Part shown: positions 38,053-47,967 of the stretch, in pieces
Numbering within the stretch: position 1 is the first letter of the stretch
How the letters are laid out: every line of letters begins with the position of its first letter
Source: a virus
Lineage: Duplodnaviria; Caudoviricetes
Virus record (IMG/VR): IMGVR_UViG_3300027848_000021
Coordinates: 1 to 61,997 of that record
DNA: 61,997 nucleotides
Reading direction: 5' to 3' (one strand)
The notes under the pieces: model-generated
Told to the model about the DNA's origin: nothing
Seen by the model: only the letters and a program-made list of their open reading frames with translations
The model's database searches: none
Translations under genes and position numbers: made by a program

Positions 38053-41000
38053 ATGCCCGCTACAGACTTCCCAGACATACACTATAAATCCAACTCGGGT
38101 CCGATTAATTTCGATACCGCGAAGGGAATTGTTGAATGTTTCGTTGCCGGCATTGGCAACAAGGACTCTGTCGGGGACGTTTGCGTGTCGGGAGCGTTCA
38201 CAAAGAGCCTGCAACGTCGGAAACCTCGCGTGGTTTGGGGTCACGTCTGGAATGAACCAATTGGCAAAGTTTTAGAAATATATGAAGTCCCAGCGAATGA
38301 TGCGCGTTTGCCAGCAAAAATGCGAGTTGCTGGGGTCGGAGGGCTGTACGCAAAGGTTCAGTTTAATCTCGGTTCCGAGAGGGGTCGTGAAGCATTTGCA
38401 AACGTTGCCTTTTTCGGCGAGGAACAAGAATGGTCTATTGGTTACAAAACGCTACGCTCGCAACAGGACCCAGTGCTCCAGGCGAATATGTTGTACGAGG
38501 TCGAACTCTATGAAGTAAGCCCTGTTCTCCACGGCGCAAACCAGATGACCGCAACAATATCGGTCAAGGACGACCAGACTGCAATAGAAATTGGTCACGC
38601 AGATTGCCCCGATGGAGCCTGTGACCTTGCTAAAGACGAATCCAGCGCCCCAGTCGAGGAAAAACATATTCCGGTTCAGGACAACACGTTTGACGCTGTA
38701 GCAATTAAAATTGGGAACGAATTATCGGCTCGTAGTGGTTCGATTATTAACGTAATCTCGTTGGAAAAAGCAGCGGTCGTGTTTACCCGTATGGCCGCGA
38801 ACGGTGATGTCGTGACCTACAGGTGCGGCTATCACTTTGACGGTCTCACTTTTATGTTCGCTCGGCCAGAGCGTACTACGCCCGGGATAAATGTTCCAGC
38901 CGTTACGCCGGTAATACCAAGTGTCAGCCCTCAGCTACCGCCCGTGCCGGTAAGACCACAAATGCCCCTCGCCCCAGTAGTGGCGCCGGTCGTTGTTGTG
39001 GCGCCGGTGCAGGTAAACCGTGTCGCCCTGTCGGTGCCTACTGTTGTCAAGCCAGGGCCTATGGGCATGGAAACTGTTGTACTGCCGCAAATACGGTACG
39101 AGAACACCCCTAAGCCTATCGATATCGCGGCGGCTATCGAGCGGGTACGCAAACGTAATGGATATAAGTCGCTTTTTGATTTTGGCGAAGTAACGGAAAC
39201 GGACTTTTTGGATAGTGTTGTTACGGGCAATAATCCGACCAGCATCCCCTACATCATTCCCGTTGCCATAAAAGATGCATACGCCGTTAAATCCCTGGTA
39301 GACCCTATTTTGGATTATTACAGAATTGAAGCCAGAGTGGAACCAGAGGGCATTGTCCTTTCGTCTGGAGTGACCAAAGACTTTGCGGATGCGGTATCTC
39401 TCGCCACCAAGGGACTCGGCAGAACAATTGGACGCGCGCTCTCTGCTGTCCGTCCGAACATCGGGGCAGGGAGGGTGGGTAGTCCAAACTTGCGTGGAGA
39501 ACGCAAGCGTGGGCGTGGTTTCAACTTCGGAATGCCCGAGGGCGACACGAACCCAATGACGCGCGAAGACGGCAACAGAGACGGCACGGTATTCGACGGC
39601 ATTCCCGGTTGGGAACAGCCAGACCCGACTCCCGGCGGTGCGGGCTCAATCGATAATCGTGAAGCGTCCGCCGCGCAGGAAGCTATTGCCGCGACATCTG
39701 GGAAACCGGATTCTGGGGCAATCAAAAAAGATGAAAAAAAGAAGCCGAAACTTTCATCAACTACTGACCCCGAACGTAAGCCAAGGGGTAATAACCTGTC
39801 GCGTGAATTTGGTGACATGACAGAGGAGGAGCACTCCCTCTACGGTCGTTACGATGAAGGGGGACGCGAGAGAAGAGATGCCGCCACCGGAAGAACCGCG
39901 CGCGACGATAATGCTGCGGACAAAAAGCGTGGCCAGCGTGATTCTGCCGCCCGCAGTGCTCGATTGCGTCAAGCGGAAGCCGCGGGGGACAGGGGAGACA
40001 GGGACGACGATGAGGCCAGCAGAATCAAACTCTCGTCGGGAAAAACCGATAGACGACATGCTGACCGTAGTGCGGAGATGGAACGGACCTTCCCAAATTC
40101 CGAGGAAAATAAAAAACGTCTCGCCCATGATGCCACTGCGGACACGTGGAGAAAAGATGGTTTCGGCTGGACCGAAATCCCTAGATACTCGGGAGATAAA
40201 AACAGGAGTCCAGATTATTTGCGTGGCAGAGAAATCGGATTCAATCAAGGGCGTTTGATGTGGGATGGCACTGGCGGACACAGAACGCGTCCCGAGAAAT
40301 TTAACGAGAAACAAAAATCATCCATCCAGTACGCGGACTGGTACGAAAACCTACTCAATTCCGTCAGCAGGTTTGTTGACGCGCATAAGGGCGGAGATGA
40401 TGTTGATGAGTGGAACGGCGTAGAGGCTGGCTTCAAAGAGGTAGTAATAACCAACGCTCCAGATACGTCTACGTGGCCATCGGACAGAGTCAAACGATTG
40501 GGCGATTTGATGGACAGGTATGACCCTAGTCTTAGGGGCAAAAACCCTAAGTCAACAGGAAAACTGTCCAGCGCGCATAACGCCGCAGGATTTAATGCTG
40601 GTATGGAATTTATTGCCCGAATTGGTGCTGGTCGAGAATTTAATAGAGAAAATAAGAAAAAGAAAAAGAATACGGCCAGACGGGCTAATTATCCATCCAC
40701 GCAACCCAGATTATCTTCGGGCGCGGGCAAAGAGATTGACGCTCCAGAAGAAGAGGCAGACAGACCACCTTCGGGCAACATAGGGTCCGACTATCGCAGG
40801 TTCGACCTAGAAACAACCGATGGCGGACCGAACCTGCTTGACGGCATGCATGATGAAATTTCACGTAGTCCAAAACTCCGCAGTAAAATCATGGGCGAAA
40901 TCGCGAGCATGCTTGGCGCTGCTGGCTTAACTGAAAAAAATGGTTACGACACATCACGTGCGTTTGATGTCTTGACAGGTTCCGAGAAAGACTTCGAAGA

Positions 41001-43005
41001 CCACATCGACGCACTCTCTGACGCGCGAGCCGCACTGGGAAGTGGTTCCTACGGCATGTTGAAGGCCAGGCTGAAGGAGTACGAGAGTTCGGCTGAGCAC
41101 ATCAAGGCGCAAGACGCTGCTGACGGCAGACTGCTACGCCTGGAACAGAATGCTAAGGCAATCCGAGAACGCTTAACGGCCATAGACAGAGCCAAAACGC
41201 TTTCAGCCCAACGCGACGACGACGCGATGAACAGCGCCGACATCGGTCAGCTCGTACTTGGCAAAGAAGAAAACGCCCTATGGGACGCACGAAATGATTT
41301 GGCTAATAAATACAACGTCGATAAACCAGAGAAACTCTCGTCAGGGAAAGCCGACAAGGTTGCTGACACTCTTGAGAACCACGGCGATTGGGAAAAAACC
41401 GATGACGGGATAGAGATATACCCACAGGGCAAAGATGTCGCTTACCAAATAGGCAATGTGGGCAAGGGCAAATGGGCCGTTACGAGGCATTGGGATTTTG
41501 AGAGAAACGCTGGGCAGGACGCAAAGGAATACGAACACGACAAAATATTCGCAAGCGTTTCTGCTGCGAAAAAATGGGCTGATGCAGACTTCAGAAGAGG
41601 CGAGAATAGCGAAAAACCTTTGCCGGCCGCTAAACGGAAGAAAACAAGCAAGTCATCTTCCGGTAAGAAGAACTCCAAAATGATTAACGGAGTCAAGATT
41701 GATGTTTCGCCGGGGGCAGAGTTAGATGGCGCGGATTTAGATGGGGCAAACTTAAAGGGCGCGAACTTAAAGGGTGCGTACTTGCGCCGCACAGACATGG
41801 GCGGCGCAGACCTATCGGGTGCAAACTTGGTTGGCGCAGATATGACTGAGGCGAAGCTAGTTAATGCGAATTTGAGTGATGCAGACCTAAGCGATGCCGA
41901 CCTGGGCGGCGCGGACTTATATTTTGCAAACTTAGAGGGAGCAAACTTAAACGGCGCGAACCTGATAGGCGCAAAATTTACTCGTGCGAAATTAATTAAC
42001 GCCAATCTGACGGATACGCAAATGAATGGCGCTGACCTAGTTGATGCGGATTTGACCGGTGCGGACTTAGAGGGCGCAAACTTACGCAAAGCGAAACTGG
42101 GTGGTACGAACCTAACTGGCGCAAACTTAATTGGCGCAACAATGCCCGATAATACAAAGTGGACGCCAGACACCGACATGACAAAGTGGACGAAACCGGA
42201 CAGATTCTCTTCTGGCGGGACAAATATCAAGATGATTAACGGAGTTGAAGTCGATATTTCGCCGGGCGCGAACCTGGAGGCCGCGGACCTGACTGACGCG
42301 GACCTGACTGACGTGAACTTGGCTGACGCGAACTTGCGTTTTGCAAAACTGAATGGTGCAAAACTGAATGGGGCGAAATTGAATGATGCAGACTTGAGAC
42401 GCGCGAAATTGACTAAAGCGGACCTGACTAAAGCGGACCTGACTAAAGCGACCTTGGAAAACGCGAACTTGACTAGTGCGAACCTGACTAACGCGAACCT
42501 GACTGGCGCGACCTTGGAAAACGCGAACTTGGCTCGCGCGAACCTACGTAACGCGAACCTGACCGAAGCGTACCTGCCTAACGCGAACTTGGCTCGCGCG
42601 AACCTGACTGGTGCGAACTTAAGTGACGCGATTATGTATGACACGGACCTGAGGAGCGCGAACTTGACTGGCGCGGACTTAACTAACGCGAACTTGACTG
42701 GCGCGAACTTGGAAAACGCGGACTTGTCTAAGGCGGACTTGACTGGCGCGGACCTGTTTCGCACGAACCTTACTAAAGCGAACCTGACTGACGCGAACTT
42801 GGCTGGGGCGAACTTGGCTAAAGCGGACTTACAGGACGCGACTATGCCCGATGGGACAACATGGACGCCAGACACCGATTTAACACAGTGGACGGGAGCA
42901 AAAAAACTCTCGTCAGGGAAAACCCCAAAATTCAAAGACGACCCACTATCCCCATTCAAAGATTTACCCGAAGATTCAATAGTCACGCTTGAAGGCGACA
43001 AATAA
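38053..43005 (+). CDS. Prohead protease (HK97/S78-like) fused to cargo domains; 5' part of polyprotein
   Basis: DSVGD, GAF, WGH, PIG, WSIGY, LYEVSPV..GAN in the first ~175 aa; GAGGAG RBS before ATG 38053. Confidence 0.9.
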   Translation: MPATDFPDIHYKSNSGPINFDTAKGIVECFVAGIGNKDSVGDVCVSGAFTKSLQRRKPRVVWGHVWNEPIGKVLEIYEVPANDARLPAKMRVAGVGGLYAKVQFNLGSERGREAFANVAFFGEEQEWSIGYKTLRSQQDPVLQANMLYEVELYEVSPVLHGANQMTATISVKDDQTAIEIGHADCPDGACDLAKDESSAPVEEKHIPVQDNTFDAVAIKIGNELSARSGSIINVISLEKAAVVFTRMAANGDVVTYRCGYHFDGLTFMFARPERTTPGINVPAVTPVIPSVSPQLPPVPVRPQMPLAPVVAPVVVVAPVQVNRVALSVPTVVKPGPMGMETVVLPQIRYENTPKPIDIAAAIERVRKRNGYKSLFDFGEVTETDFLDSVVTGNNPTSIPYIIPVAIKDAYAVKSLVDPILDYYRIEARVEPEGIVLSSGVTKDFADAVSLATKGLGRTIGRALSAVRPNIGAGRVGSPNLRGERKRGRGFNFGMPEGDTNPMTREDGNRDGTVFDGIPGWEQPDPTPGGAGSIDNREASAAQEAIAATSGKPDSGAIKKDEKKKPKLSSTTDPERKPRGNNLSREFGDMTEEEHSLYGRYDEGGRERRDAATGRTARDDNAADKKRGQRDSAARSARLRQAEAAGDRGDRDDDEASRIKLSSGKTDRRHADRSAEMERTFPNSEENKKRLAHDATADTWRKDGFGWTEIPRYSGDKNRSPDYLRGREIGFNQGRLMWDGTGGHRTRPEKFNEKQKSSIQYADWYENLLNSVSRFVDAHKGGDDVDEWNGVEAGFKEVVITNAPDTSTWPSDRVKRLGDLMDRYDPSLRGKNPKSTGKLSSAHNAAGFNAGMEFIARIGAGREFNRENKKKKKNTARRANYPSTQPRLSSGAGKEIDAPEEEADRPPSGNIGSDYRRFDLETTDGGPNLLDGMHDEISRSPKLRSKIMGEIASMLGAAGLTEKNGYDTSRAFDVLTGSEKDFEDHIDALSDARAALGSGSYGMLKARLKEYESSAEHIKAQDAADGRLLRLEQNAKAIRERLTAIDRAKTLSAQRDDDAMNSADIGQLVLGKEENALWDARNDLANKYNVDKPEKLSSGKADKVADTLENHGDWEKTDDGIEIYPQGKDVAYQIGNVGKGKWAVTRHWDFERNAGQDAKEYEHDKIFASVSAAKKWADADFRRGENSEKPLPAAKRKKTSKSSSGKKNSKMINGVKIDVSPGAELDGADLDGANLKGANLKGAYLRRTDMGGADLSGANLVGADMTEAKLVNANLSDADLSDADLGGADLYFANLEGANLNGANLIGAKFTRAKLINANLTDTQMNGADLVDADLTGADLEGANLRKAKLGGTNLTGANLIGATMPDNTKWTPDTDMTKWTKPDRFSSGGTNIKMINGVEVDISPGANLEAADLTDADLTDVNLADANLRFAKLNGAKLNGAKLNDADLRRAKLTKADLTKADLTKATLENANLTSANLTNANLTGATLENANLARANLRNANLTEAYLPNANLARANLTGANLSDAIMYDTDLRSANLTGADLTNANLTGANLENADLSKADLTGADLFRTNLTKANLTDANLAGANLAKADLQDATMPDGTTWTPDTDLTQWTGAKKLSSGKTPKFKDDPLSPFKDLPEDSIVTLEGDK
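41677..42894 (+). repeat. Two duplicated pentapeptide-repeat modules (41677-42192, 42229-42894)
   Basis: A(D/N)Lxx arrays; both capped by KMINGVxxDxSPGA and ATMPDxTxWTPDTDxTxWT. Confidence 0.95.
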
Positions 43006-43026
43006 AGAATCTACCCTGGTGACCGT

Positions 43027-46000
43027 TTGTCGTCAGGGTTCACGTACGGTGCTGAAACTGGCATCAAAACCAAAGACGAAATGTTTGAGTTCCTGAATGC
43101 GCAACTGATTGATGCCATCGAGAAGGCTGACCCAACATCATGGAAGATGCCATGGCGCGTTACCTCGATGCCCAACAACCCAACCACGAAAAAAACATAC
43201 ACCGGCACCAACTACATGGCGCTATCCATCATTGGGTCGGAGCGCGGTTACGCAAGTACACAGTGGGCTGGCTATGGACAATGGGAAAAAGTGGGCGGCC
43301 AGGTTCGCAAGGGCGCTAAGGGCGTACCAATTTTGGTACCGATTATGTTTAAGCCAAAGGATAAGGATGGTGCTGCCGACCCTGCATTGGGCGACAAAGT
43401 AAAGCGCGGCGGAATGGCGTGGAAGGTAATTCGGGTTTTCAACCGCGACGAGGTTGATGGTTTGCCTGATGACTATGGGGTGGTTGTAAAACTCGACGAA
43501 GGAACACGGGTCGAGAACCTAGAAAAGACACTCTCGGAAATAGCGCCAACGATTAATCACGGCGGCGCGAGGGCGTTCTATCGACCAAGCGACGACGCCA
43601 TAACTGTTCCCGCGTTTGCCGATTTCAAAACCGCCAGAGGGTACTACGGCACGGTTGCGCATGAATTGATGCACTGGACGGGTGGAGAAAAAAGATTAAA
43701 GCGCGCAAACATGAACCAATTCGGCAGTCCTGAGTACGCGTATGAGGAATTGATTGCGGAAATAGCGTCGTCAATGTTCCTTGCGGCACATGGGGTTGAA
43801 CCGGACATCCAGGATAACCACGCTCCATATTTGGCGAGTTGGCTGAAGGCGCTACGCAGTGACCCAACCGCGCTGCGACGCGCTATGAAGCAAGCTCAGG
43901 ACGCATTCAATTACGCAATGGGCTTGTCTCCGAGCATGACAAGGTTGTTTAAGTCAGAAGATGAGGGCGGATTAGAAGCAGATACCCCGGATGTTGCGGA
44001 AATAGTAACACCTGATTTGGGGTCCGGGGACAAACTTTCTTCAGGCGGCCGCCCGCGTAGAAGAATCGTCAGCCTAGAAGACCTGCCCGAATACAAATTT
44101 CCAACCGATAAATATGAAGCGAGTCCTCAACAGAAAACAATATCGAATGCTGTAGCGACTGGTGCGGACGTAGTTGTTAGGGCCCTGGCCGGAACGGGCA
44201 AGACTAGCACTCTCGGCGACATCGCGCGTCGCTTTCTGGGAGAAGAGCCTTCAACGAAGACAAACGACCCACCAACGAAAACGGGTGACCTGCCAGTAAA
44301 AATGGGCGCGACTGGCATGTTGACGCAGAAGCAGAAATATACGATAAAACCGGGCAGAATCGAAATCGAAAACGGCTTCCTTGTTAAGGACCGCATAAAA
44401 GAGGCCGGCGGGAAATGGGATGGCGCAAATAAGAAATGGTTCGTGCCGCTAAGTGATGATAGCGACGAACGGGAAGTCTTAAAGAAATTACAAAATCTGA
44501 CCAATCGTTTGGCGACGGGCGGACCATCCGCGGAAACGCGAATCATTTATCTTGCGTTCAATAAATCCGCAGAATTAAGCGCCAAGGGCGCTATGCCGAG
44601 CAATACCGAGGTTCGCACCGGCGACGCACTCGCTTGGGCGTTTGTAAGAAATGTAAACGAGAAGTTATTAGCGAAAAAAGAGAAGGGGATGAGAAACCTG
44701 AAGGGTATAGCGGGATACCTCGGCGTTAAGGGCATATTGATTGAAAGAAAAGGCGGCGGCGAGAAGAAAGAACTAACCCAAGAGGATATCGTGAGGGCGC
44801 TCAGTCACGCCGTCAAGCATTATTCCATCAGCGAGGACGATGAAATTTCGGCAAAGCATTTCGCCCCAATCCAACGGAAGGCATCAGGCAAGGTCGACGG
44901 CGTAAACTGGGATGAGTTTGAACTTCCTGAGGTGTTAGTCAAATTTGCCCAAAAGTACTGGAATGATTTGAATGACCCTGACGGAAAGATATATGCGGAC
45001 TTCACCCATTGGACGAAGATGTGGGCGCTTTCGCGGCCGGATTTCTCGGAAGAAATTCCGAACTCAAAAAATGGATTCGGTAGCGGCGTCGATATTGTAT
45101 TTTTCGATGAGGCCCAAGACATAAACCCCGTTATGGCCAGGGTCATACGCGAGCAGACAATTCAAAAAGTCTACGTTGGAGACTCGAATCAGGCCATCTA
45201 CGGGTTCCGAGGCGCAACCGATACGTTGTCGGAGGTGAAGGCAACCTACGATTTGCCACTTACGGAATCGTGGCGATTCAATCAGGCGATTGCTGATTTT
45301 GCTAATAAGTTTCTCGTAATTGCCAACGAAACGGAATTACGTGTTATTGGCAGAGGGAAGGGGGGCAAGATTGTTTATGATATGCAAGACGCCGACGTAA
45401 TTGAAGTCCGCACTAGGGGTGGAGCGCTTGATGCTATTCGGTCGGAATTGGCAAAAGGTCGCACGGTAGGCGTTTCTAAGAATTTCAAAACAAAACTCAC
45501 TACGTTTATCCTGCACGCCGAACACCTCGTACTGAAGAGGAGTGGCAAGCCAGAAAAGCAAAGCGACGACCTAGTCGGGTACGAGTCGTGGAAAGAGGTC
45601 TTGGATGCGGTCGAAAAGGGGGATGAGCCACAACTGGCAACGCTGGTAGCGATAGTGCTGGAACAGGGCGAGGGCGTAGATGGTATCAATAAACTAAAAG
45701 ACCTCCTCGGTAGAGTCAGGGAAATAGGGAGTGCCGGCCCTAGTGACGACCCGATAGACGTAGAAATCACTACGGCCCATACGTCGAAAGGCGGGGAGTG
45801 GCCCAAGGTCAAAATATGGAAAGATTTCTGGGGTCCGCGAAAAAATAAAGTGACCGGCGCAATAACCATGCCAACGCAAGAGGAATACCGCATTGCGTAT
45901 GTTGCGTTAACTCGACCCACATCAGAATTGGACCCTGGCAGTTTGAAGTGGATTCTAGAATACGTCCCAGATGGAGATGACAGGCTCTCATCGGGCAGGC

Positions 46001-47820
46001 GTGCCGCGCGGCGTGCTGGAGCAGCGGATAAATTATCTTCCGGCAAGAAGAAAAAACCTTCCGCGAACGCACGACGCCGCCCAGCATCGGCGGAAGAGCG
46101 TCAGTTGTTCGCTGATGGCCGTCGCAATCGGGCGCAAACAATTCAGGGGAAAAAGAAGCCAGGACCGTCTACTGATGAATTTACCGACGGTGATACATTC
46201 TCATCAGGTCGGGCCGCTCGTCTGAATAGACGCCTTAGTAGTGGTGGGTTTAATTCGACCGAGAATGATACCGCGCCAGCCCAGAGGCCATGGTTTATCC
46301 CCGAGGGCCTAACGGGGGACTCCATCGGGAGTATCGGGAAAAGCGACATTAATCCCGACAGGCAAACGGACTTCATCGGAAAACTCTCTGACAACGACGG
46401 GTACGACGGCAACGCTGATACGCCATGGTATCTGGATGCAAAAAAGTTTAGAGACCTGCTCAGAGACAGCACCGTAGACGGGGATGGCAAGCGCATCCCG
46501 GGCGAGCCGTGGAGCGACGCGAAGGTCATGGAGCTTTTGAATATTAGCGAGAAAAATGTAAGGCGTCTCAGCGAGCCCGGCGTAGGCATTAAGTCCAGCA
46601 TGGTCGAACACGTAATGGAAACAGTTGGGGACAAAAACTTACATGGTTACGAAATGCAGGAAAGACTTGAGGCCACGTGGGGTTTTAATGCGTACCCGTA
46701 TTGGTACGATATCGACGATGAGGCACTCAGCAAAAAGGAATACGACAGATTGGTAGACCGCAACAGGCGGGGGGAGGTGCGGACCGGTAGTGGCTATAAG
46801 CCTGGTGATTTAGAGGCGCCCGTCGCACTACCTGACAGGGCCGAGCGACCAACGCCCAAAGTGGTAACTGCCGAAGCGGCAATAACTTCAAAAAAACTGC
46901 CAATGGAAAGGCTCTACGAATTCTTGGAGCTCTCGCCCGATGACACGATGGAAGAAAAAGAAAAAAAGACCGGATTACGCAAAGCCGACATTAACAACTA
47001 CGTAAAGAACGGTCTTAACCCCGCGGTCCTCCGAGGCCTCATTGCCAGGGGCACTATCCCGAATGCCCAAACCCTTTTTGGTGAGGTCGGCAAAACATTC
47101 GACATGCAAGCGCCCCAGCCCTATCTGTTCCTTCGGATTGAGGATTTCCTCAGGGAAAAGGGGCACAAAGTCGCCGGTACTCCTAATCTTGACTTTATCG
47201 TAGGCGAAAAGAACATAGCTGCACTCATCAAAAAACTGAGAGCAAAGCCAGACCCACTCGCGGTTGATGCCCGCACTAAGCATTACTCCCCCGATGAGCT
47301 AGGCGCAGTCGTAGGCAGGATTAATGAAAAGTTTGCAACAGACTACGTCCCTGACGAAATATTCCCCCGTGATGAAAACGGCATACCCAAGAAGCTAAGC
47401 AGCGGCAGGGCGTCGACGAGCGGCTCCCGTAGGGTGTTCGGTTCTTCGTCCCGCGGAAACAGACTTGGCTCTGGCGCCACCGTGGAGGCTAGGAATCTTA
47501 CCGGCGCCCGCGGGTTCGAGCTGAACAGGCGTATCAATGCAATTGATGACAGAATCAAGAAAGCCGGCCTCAGTAGGGGCCTGGCTACACAGGCTAGAGC
47601 GCGAGCCGCTAAACAGAATAAGCTTGCGTCCGGGGCAAAGCCGGCAACGAATATAACCCCAAAAATGCAGAATGAACTAATCTCTTGGGCAAAGAACGGT
47701 GGTAAGTGGAGCAATTTCGCTAAAACGATGCTGGCCGCCTTCGAGGAAAACGGCAAACTGTCGCCCGGCCAGTGGACACGCTTAATGCAAATCCACGATT
47801 CCACTGTTAAGCGTCGCTAG
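43027..47820 (+). CDS. ArdC-N + zincin metallopeptidase + UvrD/SF1 helicase polyvalent protein; probable 3' part of the polyprotein
   Basis: WKMPW, YTGTN, QVRKG, AFYRP, HELMH, EELIAE; AGTGKT, DEAQD, VGDSNQAIYGFRGA, TAHTSKG, YVALTR; in frame with the upstream ORF. Confidence 0.9.
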   Translation: MSSGFTYGAETGIKTKDEMFEFLNAQLIDAIEKADPTSWKMPWRVTSMPNNPTTKKTYTGTNYMALSIIGSERGYASTQWAGYGQWEKVGGQVRKGAKGVPILVPIMFKPKDKDGAADPALGDKVKRGGMAWKVIRVFNRDEVDGLPDDYGVVVKLDEGTRVENLEKTLSEIAPTINHGGARAFYRPSDDAITVPAFADFKTARGYYGTVAHELMHWTGGEKRLKRANMNQFGSPEYAYEELIAEIASSMFLAAHGVEPDIQDNHAPYLASWLKALRSDPTALRRAMKQAQDAFNYAMGLSPSMTRLFKSEDEGGLEADTPDVAEIVTPDLGSGDKLSSGGRPRRRIVSLEDLPEYKFPTDKYEASPQQKTISNAVATGADVVVRALAGTGKTSTLGDIARRFLGEEPSTKTNDPPTKTGDLPVKMGATGMLTQKQKYTIKPGRIEIENGFLVKDRIKEAGGKWDGANKKWFVPLSDDSDEREVLKKLQNLTNRLATGGPSAETRIIYLAFNKSAELSAKGAMPSNTEVRTGDALAWAFVRNVNEKLLAKKEKGMRNLKGIAGYLGVKGILIERKGGGEKKELTQEDIVRALSHAVKHYSISEDDEISAKHFAPIQRKASGKVDGVNWDEFELPEVLVKFAQKYWNDLNDPDGKIYADFTHWTKMWALSRPDFSEEIPNSKNGFGSGVDIVFFDEAQDINPVMARVIREQTIQKVYVGDSNQAIYGFRGATDTLSEVKATYDLPLTESWRFNQAIADFANKFLVIANETELRVIGRGKGGKIVYDMQDADVIEVRTRGGALDAIRSELAKGRTVGVSKNFKTKLTTFILHAEHLVLKRSGKPEKQSDDLVGYESWKEVLDAVEKGDEPQLATLVAIVLEQGEGVDGINKLKDLLGRVREIGSAGPSDDPIDVEITTAHTSKGGEWPKVKIWKDFWGPRKNKVTGAITMPTQEEYRIAYVALTRPTSELDPGSLKWILEYVPDGDDRLSSGRRAARRAGAADKLSSGKKKKPSANARRRPASAEERQLFADGRRNRAQTIQGKKKPGPSTDEFTDGDTFSSGRAARLNRRLSSGGFNSTENDTAPAQRPWFIPEGLTGDSIGSIGKSDINPDRQTDFIGKLSDNDGYDGNADTPWYLDAKKFRDLLRDSTVDGDGKRIPGEPWSDAKVMELLNISEKNVRRLSEPGVGIKSSMVEHVMETVGDKNLHGYEMQERLEATWGFNAYPYWYDIDDEALSKKEYDRLVDRNRRGEVRTGSGYKPGDLEAPVALPDRAERPTPKVVTAEAAITSKKLPMERLYEFLELSPDDTMEEKEKKTGLRKADINNYVKNGLNPAVLRGLIARGTIPNAQTLFGEVGKTFDMQAPQPYLFLRIEDFLREKGHKVAGTPNLDFIVGEKNIAALIKKLRAKPDPLAVDARTKHYSPDELGAVVGRINEKFATDYVPDEIFPRDENGIPKKLSSGRASTSGSRRVFGSSSRGNRLGSGATVEARNLTGARGFELNRRINAIDDRIKKAGLSRGLATQARARAAKQNKLASGAKPATNITPKMQNELISWAKNGGKWSNFAKTMLAAFEENGKLSPGQWTRLMQIHDSTVKRR

Positions 47821-47967
47821 AAGAATTCAAGGATTGAACACCATGGGCAAAACTGATACTTCTTACGATAACTGTGTAGTAGGTTATACTTTAGGAAACA
47901 AGGTTTACGGTAATAGCGCTGGCTCTGGCGGCCAGTGTGTCAATTGTCTTTTAAGGAGCTCGGTCTT

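Noticed and set aside
39355-39369. VLSSG counted as a processing motif
   Set aside because: Lacks the preceding K/R and lies in a hydrophobic, probably folded segment.
41677-42894. Diversity-generating retroelement template/variable repeat pair
   Set aside because: No reverse transcriptase in the window, and differences between modules are not adenine-specific.
41442-43001. 519-aa minus-strand ORF and many other antisense ORFs in the track
   Set aside because: Shadow frames of repetitive or codon-biased sense genes, with no RBS or motifs.
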